DNA of 64,000 nt from Macrostomum lignano (Eukaryota): positions 1-64,000 of the forward strand of contig NIVC01001540.1 of the NCBI GenBank assembly GCA_002269645.1. Reading direction: 5' to 3'. This document shows positions 20,472 to 32,774 of this stretch, in pieces (position 1 is the first letter of the stretch; every line of letters starts with the position of its first letter). The position numbers were made by a program, and so were the translations under genes. A model generated the notes under the pieces. The model saw only the letters and a program-made list of their open reading frames with translations. It searched no databases and had not been told where the DNA came from.

Positions 20472-23400
20472 TCAGTCGACTTGCGGGTTGTTCCTAAACA
20501 AGTACTCGGCCTGGAAAAGTGCAAACGGTTGGTTTGGATTTGGGATTACGGATTTTGGGCAAGGGAAAAAGTGGATAAATCAGGGCGCTTCCGCCTTGCA
20601 TGAGCTCGGGAGGGAAATGAGGGAATGAGTTTATATGACTGGGAACATTGGGAGTAACTGTGCGGCCGTGTGGCAATTCCCATTCGCTCAAAACACATGC
20701 TTTTAAGTGTCCTGAGAGCAGTAGCTGGGGAAGAGGACGGAAAGGGAAAAATCGATGGGAATAATCGACTCCCCATTTTCTCCTATTCGAGACAAATGGG
20801 ATTTTCTACCCCAGCCGACTCACCAGATAGTCTATGGCGTCGTCTGGGCGAACCTTGGCGCACTCCATGAGGCCCTTGGTGAGGTTGGGCATCACGTGCT
20901 TCATCAGGTAGTTGCGCAGAGGCTCGCTGCGGATCTCCAGCAGCTCGTGCTCCTCGCGCTTCACCTCCTCAAGTCTGGCAGCCTGTTGGTGGTTTGTTTG
21001 AGTTTGAGAATTGTCAGGGCTGCGTTGCTGCTTCTAGGGGCAACACGAGTGAGTAGTGCTGCAGGATTGTTCTATGCTAATTTGATTGCGGATGCAGGAG
21101 TGGCTGAAGACCAGTCTGTGGCCAACCCGAGCAACTCAGCCACTACATTGAGCACCGAGTCCCGCTACTCACCCACTCCATTGAGCACCGAGTCCCGCTA
21201 CTCACCCACTCCATTGAGCACCGAGTCCCGCTACTCAGCCACTCCATTGAGCACCGAGTCCCGCTACTCACCCACTCCATTGAGCACCGAGTCCCGCTAC
21301 TCAGCCACTCCATTGAGCACCGAGTCCCGCTACTCAGCCACTCCATTGAGCACCGAGTCCCGCTACTCACCCACTCCATTGAGCACCGAGTCCCGCTACT
21401 CACCCACTCCTCCTGGCGCCGCTTCCTCTCGTCCGCCTCCTGCCTCTCGCGCCTCTCCCGCTCGTCCCGCTCTCGCTTCTCGTTCTCCAGCCGCTCGGTC
21501 TCCTCCCGCCGCCGAATCTCCTCCTGCTCCTCCGGCGTCAGGCCGTAGTTTCTCGGCTTGCCGATGGCCTTCTTGATTCGCTCAACCAGGGCGGCGTGCA
21601 TCGTCGAATCGTCCTTGGAAACGTCGAATACGTCCGGATGAATTTCCTTCTCGTCGAAGTACATCACCACGGAGTCGTCCTCGGTGTTGATGGCTCGGTA
21701 CTCGCTCAGTCGGCGAAGCAGGCCCTCCTCGGTGTTGTGCGTCCCGGCCACCACAGCTTCGGGGAGCTGCATAACTCGCCGCTTCAGGAAATCGTCGCCG
21801 GCTTCCAGCACGAACAGCTGGTCGGGCATCAGCCGCTTGTTGAAGGGGCCGCCGCCGTCCTCGCCTTCCTCTTCATCGTCTTCATCGGCTGTTGAAATTG
21901 GTGGAGGTGGAGGTGACTCCTCAGTCTCTAGATCTGATATCTATAGCGACTCCTCAGTCTCTAGATCTGATATCTATAGCGACTCCTCAGTCTATAGATC
22001 TGATATCTATAGCGACTCCTCAGTCTATAGATCTAATATCTATAGCGACTCCTTAGTATATAGATCTGATATCTATAGCGACTCTTCAGTATATAGATCT
22101 GATATCTATAGCGACTCCTCAGCCTATAGATCTGATATCTATAGCGACTCCTGAGTTTATAGATCTGATATCTATAGCGACTCCTCAGTCTATAGATCTA
22201 ATATCTATAGCGACTCCTCAGTCTATAGATCTGATATCTATAGCGACTCCTCAGTCTATAGATCTAATATCTATAGCGACTCCTTAGTATATAGATCTGA
22301 TATCTATAGCGACTCTTCAGTATATAGATCTGATATCTATAGCGACTCCTCAGCCTATAGATCTGATATCTATAGCGACTCCTCAGTTTATAGATCTGAT
22401 ATCTATAGCGACTCCTTAGTATATAGATCTGATATCTATAGCGACTCCTCAGTCTATAGATCTAATATCTATAGCGACTCCTCAGTCTATAGATCTGATA
22501 TCTATAGCGACTCCTCAGTCTATAGATCTAATATCTATAGCGACTCCTTAGTATATAGATCTGATATCTATAGCGACTCTTCAGTATATAGATCTGATAT
22601 CTATAGCGACTCCTCAGCCTATAGATCTGATATCTATAGCGACTCCTGAGTTTATAGATCTGATATCTATAGCGACTCCTGAGTTTATAGATCTGATATC
22701 TATAGCGACTCCTCAGTATATAGATCTGATATCTATAGCGACTCCTCAGTTTATAGATCTGATATCTATAGCGACTCCTCAGTTTATAGATCTGATATCT
22801 ATAGCGACTCTTCAGTATATAGATCTGATATCTATAGCGACTCCTCAGTTTATAGATCTGATATCTATAGCGACTCCTTAGTATATAGATCTGATATCTA
22901 TAGCGACTCCTCAGTATATAGATCTGATATCTATAGCGACTCCTCGGTTTATAGATCTGATATCTATAGCGACTCCTGAGTTTATAGATCTGATATCTAT
23001 AGCGACTCCTCAGTATATAGATCTGATATCTATAGCGACTCCTCGGTTTATAGATCTGATATCTATAGCGACTCCTCAGTCTATAGATCTGATATCTATA
23101 GATCTGATATCTATAGCGACTCCTCAGTCTATAGATCTGATATCTATAGATCTGATATCTATAGCGACTCCTCAGTCTATAGATCTGATATCTATAGATC
23201 TAGATCTATAGCGGCTCCTCAGTCAAGATGCCTAACCACCGGTAGACAAGAATTCTTTAAGAAATCCTCAATTTTTTCTGCACTGTAAGTTCGAACTGCC
23301 TCTCAAACCAATAAATCAAAGAGACTAATCTGCTGATTAGAGGCCTGCAATATTGAGGCAACAGTGAATTAATTCTCAGAGCAGAGCAGTCCGGAAGCGC

Positions 23401-26400
23401 AAAAAAGCAAGTCGTTCTGCTTGATCTCTTTGTTAGGGCAATAAAAATTGTTGCTCTGTTTGAGTCGAAAAAAGAATGGCGCCACTGCCTCAAATCCTGG
23501 ACAGAAGGGGCGTTACGCGCTTACGACATGCGGTTTGTACTTTTGCTCCTTAGATTTAAGCCCTTTAAATATGGTATAACTGTTTTATCTGATCTATTCT
23601 AATCGAAAACATTTTTATTTTAGGCCAATTAGTAAATTAATGATTGGCAAAAATCTCTTCCGCCCAGGTGTCATCTTCAGTAGTCCATGGCAGAATCTAT
23701 CTCTGGTATTCTAAATTATCATCTGTTTCCTAGGTTACGCTCGTAGCAGGGATATGCCACTTATACTGCCAGTTAATATACTTTTTCATCATCTATCATC
23801 TGAAATATAGCTATTTCACATCATGCTCATCTCATGCTACTTAAATATCAAGTTAGTAGTATGAAACGGAATGTCGCTCCAGTTGAACTGTTGAACTCAC
23901 GCGCAAACAGATCCTCAGCCTGCTGCTTCGTCTTCGGGAAGCCGTCCAAGATGAAGCCCTGATTCTGGCACGCCTTGGAGGCCAGCTTCTCTCGGAAGAA
24001 CCTGCGCCATGCAAATAATTTGAGAGGAGAATTATTTGCAACTAACTAACTAACTAACCAACTAACCAGCTCGTAACTGACTGACTGACTCCCAGGACCG
24101 CATACCTGATCACGAAGCTGTCATCCAATCGGTCGTTATTCTCGGCCATGTTCTCGTTGACCTGCTCGAGCGTCTCGGCGTCTTCCGCAGCCTTGCCGTC
24201 GTCGTCCTCCTCTTCGGCGTCGGCGCGAGCGGCGCTGCGTTGCTGGAGTTGAGAATAAAAAAAATCGGTTATTAAAAGCCGCAAGAGTCAGCCAAGTTGA
24301 GCTCTTAAAAACACGTGTAAGGCCCTGACAAGCCTGACCAAAGCCGAAAATTCTTGCACTCACCAGATTGGCGATGGCCTCCGTGATGACGTCCTTAGCC
24401 CGGATGTGATGCAGCTTGTAGAAGTCGCAGAGCTGCTTCACAATTACCGACTTGCCAGAGGCGGGCGGGCCGAGGATGCACGCCTTGATCGGCTGGAGTC
24501 CGCGCTCCTTCTTGTACTCCTTGATGATCTGGTCGATGTTCTCCACGATGCCCGTTTCGCAGGCCCAGTTAATCTTGAAGTTCTCCTTCACGTAGATGGC
24601 GTCAAGACGCAGTGAGAGCATCAGCTGGTCCAGCGTGGCTTGCTGCGGGGCGGGCGCGGGCATTGTGCGGGATCAAAAAGGGGGACGTCAACATAAGCAG
24701 TGGAACGGAGCCCGAGCCAAGATGCTAACCAGACCGACTTTCGGTACCAGTCGACAAGAAACGCGGAGGGATTCCATCCAGAAAACAGTAAAACAGTTCG
24801 TGCAGTGATGCTAAATGGTTTCCGCCCCAGGCCCTAAGTGACAACCAGAAGGCGGTGGTCGAGACCATCCTGCGACCTGGACGCTGAGACCTGGACGCTG
24901 ACGGACTCGCTCAAAACAGCAATTTGACCCGGCGTGCGTGCTACGCACCGCCTTCAAGACCAGCAACGAGCGAGGCACCAACGCGGCACTGTATACGAGC
25001 TCACCGCGCCAGCCTGCAGGAGGTGCTGCTGCTTACGCTGCAAGCATCATACCGGCGGTGACAGACTGCGCACTTGGCGTTTTGTCGACTACGATGTTCG
25101 CGCCCAAGCGCAGAGACGCGCCCTGTGATGCTGTTTCTATAGGATCTGACAGCGCACTTTTATTGAAAGTGTTTCGAGGGAAAAGCTGTCCACTTGAGAC
25201 ACTTACGAGCAACAATGGTAAAAGTGCAAATCGTTGAATTTTAGACACAGAAAACCCGGTCCTTTCAGACTGTTTTGTGAGCACGACAGAAGCCAAACTG
25301 GAAAATTCCGAGCCATTCCTGCTGCGATTCTGTCCGATCGTGTGCGACCCTGAGGAACTACGAAACTTTTTGGTTCTATTCCACAGTTTCTAATTGTCAT
25401 TTTCCTCAGTTTATCCCATGATTTCCACGGAAACCCAAGGGAGGGACGTGGATAGGATGTCTCAGCGTTTTGAGTCGACTGGTCCAGCACTTCAAAATGA
25501 GATTAGTCGATGGCTTTAGTTGAGATTGGAGTCAATGAGGATTTAACATTCATTCCCGTCACTCACATCGATGTCCTTAGATAGGGCGGCCTCCTCCTTT
25601 GTCACCGTGCGAATCTTGCCAGTGCAGAGGCCGACAGACACTGCTTTGACAACTTCATCCAGCATGTTCTGCGAGTCGTCAACCGCCACCAGATATTTCA
25701 CCTTCGGCTTGCTGTCGGCGATGTTCTGCAACACCGCGGCCAGATCACGGATGTGAATCATGGGCAGAACATTCTGACCATTTCCGTAAACTGGCAGAGT
25801 GAAGGCGTTGTGCCAGGCGGCCTTGAAGAAGCTGTGGAAGATGTTCTCTCCGCAGCCGTAGGTCAGACCGCTGGCCACAATGTAAGTTGTGAGCCTGCTC
25901 TTCTTCTGCGAATGGGAGTGAGGTGGTTAGTTGGATTATTAATTTAACTGAGGACCGATTGGTACAGGGTATGTACTTGTGTTCAAATGTGTACTGATAA
26001 CGTGACCCTAATTAGCACAGCGCTCAGACAGACACAGGTGTACATGTACTAATACCATATCCTATCTTGGTACACGTGTATTTTGCGTACAGACACGTGG
26101 TAGAATACGGCTGGGCAGCTCACCGTTTTTCCATACTTGACTGCGGCCTTCTCCGCCGCCAGATGCTCCTTGTAGTTCTGGTGCGGCTTCCGTTTGCGAT
26201 AGTCCTCCTCGGTCAGCGGACTCTCGAGATCCTCCTGCAAATGCGGTTTCGGATTTCGACGGATGTACGAAAAGCATTATTAAGTACTAGTTGCACATAA
26301 GGCTCACCTCATCAGCCGGTTTGCTCTTAGCCCACGTCATCACGGTGGACAGGAGGATGAAAACCTTCTGAGACTCCAGCTTCTCAATGTCTTGATGCAG

Positions 26401-27288
26401 CTCGGTGAGAGCCCACATCGCCTCTTCAATTTGGTCCGGATCTTGGGTGATGTCGTATACAATAACGTCGCACTCGACCAGATGTTCGTACATCTGCTCC
26501 CTGGTGTCGTACTAGAAAAGCAACATTTATGGTATTCGGTCAAATCTTCATCAGTATTGCAGACTAATCAGAATAAAACCCCAAATGAATAAGAAGCTTA
26601 CGCTGAGGATCTCCTTCACGAACTCTGGCTGCTTGGCCCCTGTCTTTTTCAAAGTGCCATGGATTTCATAGCAGCCTTCCTTTGGCTTCACTGGGAAGTC
26701 TCCGCTGAGGACAGATCCGGCCTCTTCCTCTTCTTCTTCGTTGTCTTCAAGAGTAGCACCAACGGCGCATTGTGAAAGGTACTGAAAGTCAAATGATTGT
26801 AATATAAATTTACTTTTTCAGTTCTGCAATGGAATCATTAAAAAGAGCGAAATTTCGAGTTAAACTTCTAGGTTAGTTTCTGGACCGAAATTATAAAAGT
26901 GAGCAAATAATAATTTCTGCTCTTTATTAGGTGGAATCAAGTAGTCAACTTAAATTGTGATCATAAATCATAATGAACTTTTTATAAAACAAGCTTAAAA
27001 TTTATTTAATCTAATATAGATTATCTAGGATGTTTTTTAAAGACTGCTAGACTGAAGAGTTATTTTAGTATTTTATTATTATATAATAAAATCACATTTT
27101 TAATAAATCAATATATCTATGACCTCTACCATCAAAACAACTGTAATTAGCATACAAATAACTTGAATAATAGTTTTCTGTCTCTTATCAAAACAGAAAT
27201 ATAAACTCACCTTTGAAATATGGTATCCCTGATATTCGTCAACATGATTGACGAAAATCCGAACTGGCTTGGTAGCTTCAGCAGCCAT
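20472..27288 (-). CDS. AK7: Adenylate kinase 7; 11 exons: 27288-27211, 26781-26602, 26511-26308, 26234-26124, 25905-25567, 24642-24364, 24242-24106, 24001-23901, 21888-21404, 20982-20824, 20510-20472 (about 703 aa)
   Basis: N-terminal NAD-binding-like region ([24 protein letters not shown]), P-loop [18 protein letters not shown], coiled coil, and a C-terminal Dpy-30 motif ([42 protein letters not shown]). All junctions are GT-AG and phase-compatible. Confidence 0.93.
21135..21410 (-). repeat. 33-bp repeat (TGGGTGAGTAGCGGGACTCGGTGCTCAATGGAG) x8 overlapping the AK7 exon 9 donor
   Basis: Translates as ([12 protein letters not shown])x8 in frame with the exon. Confidence 0.92.
21915..23220. repeat. 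33-bp palindromic minisatellite (GACTCCTCAGTCTATAGATCTGATATCTATAGC), about 40 copies, AK7 intron 8
   Basis: Each unit contains the hairpin CTATAGAT-CTGAT-ATCTATAG. Confidence 0.95.
24849..25030 (+). mobile_element. Degenerate RTE-like LINE fragment (post-RT C-terminal region), antisense in AK7 intron 5
   Basis: [32 protein letters not shown], with frameshifts; similar to 62058-62290. Confidence 0.7.
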
Positions 27289-27660
27289 TATGTTGACAGT
27301 TTTGGTGCGTACTAATCACTCACTATTTGGATTCCTCTCGTAGTGTTTTATAATAAGTAATTTAAAATGAACATAGTTCTATGTGTTACTAGAGAGACGA
27401 AACGCTTTTTTGCTACTTTATTTAAAAAATAACAAAAATTATTTTATTTTAAAATAGAAAAAGTAAGTCTACTGTTACTTTTTACCTCAAATTGTTGCAG
27501 ATTTTTTTCACTTTGTTTTACTTTAAACAACAAGCGTTGTCTAGGATTTAAATGTTGATTCCTTGAAAGTGGAACCACCTTCACTTGAGCTTACTTATTG
27601 AAATTGTTGTGTAGTATTTTGTATTTGTTACTTAGTAACTAAATTTCCGTACTCATATAG

Positions 27661-30600
27661 ATGACTCCAGAATAGTAAGTAACGATTTGAATCATTCTTT
27701 GCTCATTTAGTAGCTTTCCTGTTATCTCACTGGGTTATACACTCATGCTTTTTTACTTTGTTTGTATCTATAGTAGTCTAGACCTAAAGTAGTATAGATA
27801 TGAAATATAAAATCAGATATATAATATAAGATATAGCTAAGATATAAATTGATAATGCTGCATATTAAATAAAATTAAACTTTGCTTACCTATCTTGCTT
27901 TGGTGTCATAAAGGATAATGAATGTATGTATTTTAACCATCTATGTTGACAGTATTGTATCTTTTGTGATATTCAAATTGCAATGGCTAGACCTAATGGT
28001 TAATGTGACAAAGGTTGTCACTGAGTTAACTTTTTTAGTTTTACAGGTTATTTTTTAATTTTATATTAAAATGTTCCTATTAGAAAAAAATATCTTTAAA
28101 CCATTTGAAATAATACATAGTTAAGTTAATAACTTGACAAATTATTATGTAGTAGGTAACTATTATAAAGTAAAGATTTCTTTTTAATTTAAAGATTAGC
28201 TAATTGTTTAAAATAATCAATATAAAAAAATTAGGCTATAAGCCTAATTAAATAAATAAAATAGACAAACAAAAAGATTTTAAGAATTTTAAACTTCTCT
28301 TTCTATTATAGGCTAAACTATTATATATATATATATATATATATGTGGTATAAACTAAAACTTATTTGTTAAATATTAATAGCATGTATTATATTAGAAA
28401 TATAATATGCTTAAGTATTTTTCTAAACTTGTATAAATTAAATTATTTTATTTATTATTTATTTCTATGTTTAAAACAGAGGTAGACATGGGCAAAGTGG
28501 GAGTATAAACAAAAAACATAGCAAGGTAGGTCCCAAAGCAATCAAATATATTTTTTTTGCCAATAAACTAAATTAGAATTAAAAGAAATTAAAATAAAAA
28601 AGATTTGGCATAGTAGCAGGCCAAAAAATATGATCAAAATTTCTTTGGCCGCAGCTAAGGGGGGCCATGGCTCCCTTGGCCCCTCCTTTGGATCTACCCC
28701 TGCAATGATACTCTCTATGATTAAGGGGAGCAACATATAAAAAACCCATGATGATATGCATGCACCTTGGGCATTAGAGGTAGTTAGTTAAGGCAAATAT
28801 ATATTACGGGGGTTATAGCCTAGTGGTTAGAGCATTGGACTTATGATTAAAAGGTTTTGGGTTTGATTCCCAATCTTATTTGAATCCTTAAACAAAACAT
28901 AATTCTGCATTGCTTTAGTTCACCCAGCTATAAAATGGATACTTGCATTAGTTAGGATAATTGAAAGTATACATGGCAACCCCTTAGTCATTGGACTAAA
29001 CAGCCATATGCAGCCTTCAGATGCACCATGCAGTAGACTATAGCTGAGCTGATCTTTGCACATTTGCCCATTGCACATTAGGGCAAATGGAATAAATAAA
29101 TACATAAATAATTAATTTTACATACATATTACTGTATAAAATTCATAGGGCAAAAAGATACATAATGATGCAACAAGAGAGTGGGTTAGAATGATGGCAA
29201 GTGAAACAGTGAGGTGGATTGTTCAAACATTTAAAGTGTTTAAAGCTGCCTAATTTACCTGCTTTATGTTATATAAGATTATTATTGCAATATGGCATAT
29301 TATGCAGATGTTATAGTATGATATATTATACCATTGTATCTAATTACTAATATGACATGCTAATCTAGACTTTTGAGAATTTTTGTTAGCATATCTTACA
29401 AAAAATCTAAATTCTTAAAGACAGTTTTGAAGCAATTATTAATAGTATATTACAGTATATTTGTACTTTTTGGATAAAAAATCAAACTGTAATGTAATAC
29501 TTACTTTCCTTCACTTCCTTGCCCAAACCTATCAGCGACTACCTGTTCAAGCTGTTGCTTATTGGCGACTCGGGTGTTGGTAAAAGCTGCCTTCTGCTGC
29601 GCTTTGCTGATGACACTTACACAGACAGCTACATCAGCACCATTGGCGTGGATTTCAAGATTCGAACTATTGAACTGGATGGCAAAACTATCAAGCTGCA
29701 GGTTATTTATGTTTTTTTTTCAATTTTTTAGGAACTTCAATTTTTTACTGCAAATCTTAGCTTTGTCACAATAGAATCTGGTCAGACTAGATTGCAGTCA
29801 CAATATAATCTTAATCAGGCTGGATTGCAGTCACAACAGAATCTGGTCAGACTGGATTGCAGTCACAATATAATCTTAATCAGGCTGGATTGCAGTCACA
29901 ACAGAATCTGGTCAGACTAGATTGCAGTCACAACAGAATCTGGTCAGACTGGATTGCAGTCACAACACAATATAATCTTAATCAGGCTGGATTGCAGTCA
30001 CAACAGAATCTGGTCAGACTGGATTGCAGTCACAATATAATCTTAATCAGGCTGGATTGCAGTCACAACAGAATCTGGTCAGACTAGATTGCAGTCACAA
30101 CAGAATCTGGTCAGACTAGATTGCAGTCACAACAGAATCTGGTCAGACTGGATTGCAGTCACAACAGAATCTGGTCAGACTGGATTGCAGTCACAACACA
30201 ATATAATCTTAATCAGGCTGGATTGCAGTCACAACAGAATCTGGTCAGACTGGATTGTAGTCACAATATAATCTTAATCAGGCTGGATTGCAGTCACAAC
30301 AGAATCTGGTCAGACTGGATTGCAGTCACAATATAATCTTAATCAGGCTGGATTGCAGTCACAACAGAATCTGGTCAGACTAGATTGCAGTCACAACAGA
30401 ATCTGGTCAGACTAGATTGCAGTCACAATATAATCTTAATCAGGCTGGATTGCAGTCACAACAGAATCTGGTCAGACTGGATTGCAGTCACAACAGAATC
30501 TGGTCATACAAATACAATCCTGCTTTCGCAACCATCATTCTAGATCTGGGACACGGCCGGCCAGGAGCGGTTCCGCACCATCACCTCATCCTACTATCGC

Positions 30601-31808
30601 GGCGCCCACGGCATCATCGTAGTCTATGACGTCACCGACCAGGACTCTTTCAACAACGTGAAGAACTGGCTGCAGGAGATCGAGCGCTACGCCTCCGACA
30701 GCGTCAACCGCCTGCTAGTGGGAAACAAGTGCGACCTCACGGCCAACAAGGTGGTGGACTTTGCCACCGCCAAGGTGAGGCTGCTTTCTGTTGATGTTAA
30801 CCTTGAATCCCAGTGTACTCTGGTTGTTCTCGAAACCCTTTATGTACACCCACAGACCGACCCGATTGTACAACCATAGTCATCCTCACAGTTCACACAC
30901 TGCCACACTCACACCCCCACAGACCCCACTGTACGCCCACTGCCACACTCCCACAGACCCCACTGTACACCCAGTTGTACACCCCCACAGACCCCACTGT
31001 ACACTCAGTTGCGCACCCCATAGACCCACTGTACACCCACTGCCACACTCCCACAGACCCCATTGTACACCCACTGCCACACCCCCACAGACCCCACTGT
31101 ACACCCACTGCCACACTCCCACAGACCCCACTGTACACCCACTGCCACACTCCCACAGACCCCACTGTACACCCACTGCCACACCCCCACAGACCCCACT
31201 GTACACTCAGTTGCGCACCCCATAGACCCACTGTACACCCACTGCCACACTCCCACAGACCCCATTGTACACCCACTGCCACACCCCCACAGACCCCACT
31301 GTACACCCACTGCCACACTCCCACAGACCCCACTGTACACCCAGTTGTACACCCCCACAGACCCCACTGTACACTCAGTTGCGCACCCCATAGACCCACT
31401 GTACACCCACTGCCACACTCCCACAGACCCCATTGTACACCCACTGCCACACCCCACAGACCCCACTGTACACCCACTGCCACACTCCCACAGACCCCAC
31501 TGTACACCCACTGCCACACTCCCACAGACCCCACTGTACACCCACTGCCACACCCCCACAGACCCCACTGTACATCCAGTTGCACACCTGACCCCTCAAC
31601 CCACCAGGAATACGCCGAGTCCCTGGGCATTCAATTCCTGGAGACCAGCGCCAAGAACGCCACCAATGTGGAGCAGGCGTTCTTGTCCATGGCCTCGGAG
31701 ATCAAGGCACGAATGGGGCCTGTGACAGCCGACCAAAAGACTCGGCCGGCCATCAAAGTCAACCCGGGCACTCAGCCGGTCAAGTCTGGCGGTGGCGGAT
31801 GCTGCTAA
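27661..31808 (+). CDS. RAB1: Rab1 small GTPase; exons 27661-27674, 29536-29701, 30544-30774, 31608-31808
   Basis: MTPEY|[47 protein letters not shown]-terminal GGCC. The 14-nt first coding exon ATGACTCCAGAATA|GTAAGT supplies the missing phase-2 Tyr. AATAAA at 31906. Confidence 0.95.
28640..28705. mobile_element. Decayed MITE-like end (GGGGGGCCATGGCTCCC..GGATCTACCCCTG)
   Basis: Resembles the common invertebrate non-autonomous element end GGATCCGCCCCTG with CG>TA. Recognition from memory only. Confidence 0.4.
28812..29100 (+). mobile_element. tRNA/CORE-like SINE copy B, heavily C>T/G>A mutated, in Rab1 intron 1
   Basis: Colinear with copy A: head AGCCTAGTGGTTAGAGCATTGG, TTCACCCAGCTATAAAATGG, CAGCCTTCAGATGC, TTAGGGC, and an AATAAATAAA tail. 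Confidence 0.85.
29765..30506. repeat. Composite 32/33-bp minisatellite in Rab1 intron 2
   Basis: Interspersed units GATTGCAGTCACAACAGAATCTGGTCAGACTG and GATTGCAGTCACAATATAATCTTAATCAGGCTG. Confidence 0.9.
30845..31590. repeat. 34-bp minisatellite (CCACTGTACACCCACTGCCACACTCCCACAGACC) in Rab1 intron 3
   Basis: Period 34 (31141, 31175); runs up to the acceptor. Confidence 0.92.
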
Positions 31809-32774
31809 TCTATAGATAATGATAATAATGATTATTGTTATTATTATTATCAACTATTAATCATATGTTTTTGCCGCGCATCATAAGAATTAATGATAAT
31901 AATACAATAAAGACTTTGCAGATGGTGTTTCCTTAGCATTAATGGAGCCGACGCCCCAACGCCTGCCCTCCCCTCTTCGCCCCTCGATGGAGAATGTACC
32001 TGCTATTTATCAGTGCTACAATACTGTTAACTATTATCATTGTTATGTTATATATTCTAGGTGCCGTCTTCTAGGGGTCAAATGGGCTTCGGGGTTGCTG
32101 GGTCTCGGTCCCCCCAGACTGCTCTCTGTCTGTCCTGTATGCAGGGTCTATGTAATCAGTGTGAGAATTTGTGTGTCTTCATAATATTTATTTATTCATT
32201 TATTTATGCATGCTGTACGTACTACTTATTTGAGCGGATTACTGATAAGAATAGCAGTAGTATATATGTGTGTGCATCTATTATTGTTAAACACAAATAC
32301 GTTTGATTAATAATTCCGTGCGCAAATAGCAGTGCCGTATCCAGCTGTGTTTCTGTAGCAAATTCAACCAGATTAATGCGCGAGTACTGTTTTAAAGCTT
32401 TTGCGCCCCCAACCCCTGGCCTCCCTCAGTCTAATTACCACAGGTTTTTGGATTTAACTACCGGTAACTGCCCCAGTGTCTCCCCTGTCTCAGCTACACT
32501 CAAATCTCCACTCTTAGACAGAAGTTATCTTAAAGTCCACTTCCCAATTGAGCGAAATATACAAGGCGCTTATGTAACTGGCAATGTGACAGCCTACAGG
32601 TGAAAGTCTGTCATACTCTTATGTATTAACTAAGTGATCCTTGTTTGTTTGCTTACTTTTATTTCACCTTGATTTATTAATCCATGGTACAAGTCAACAG
32701 CTTATATAAAGTTACAAATAACTTCTAGCTTTAGATTTACGCCCGCTTGCAATAGTGTTTAGGTTTTTGTAGTT

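Noticed and set aside
21915-23220. Hammerhead in the 33-bp hairpin array (CTGAGGA after a stem on the minus strand)
   Set aside because: No GAAA half of the catalytic core in the unit.
25345-25385. CTGAGGA..GAAAC hammerhead-like motif
   Set aside because: Helix I cannot be formed from the flanking sequence.
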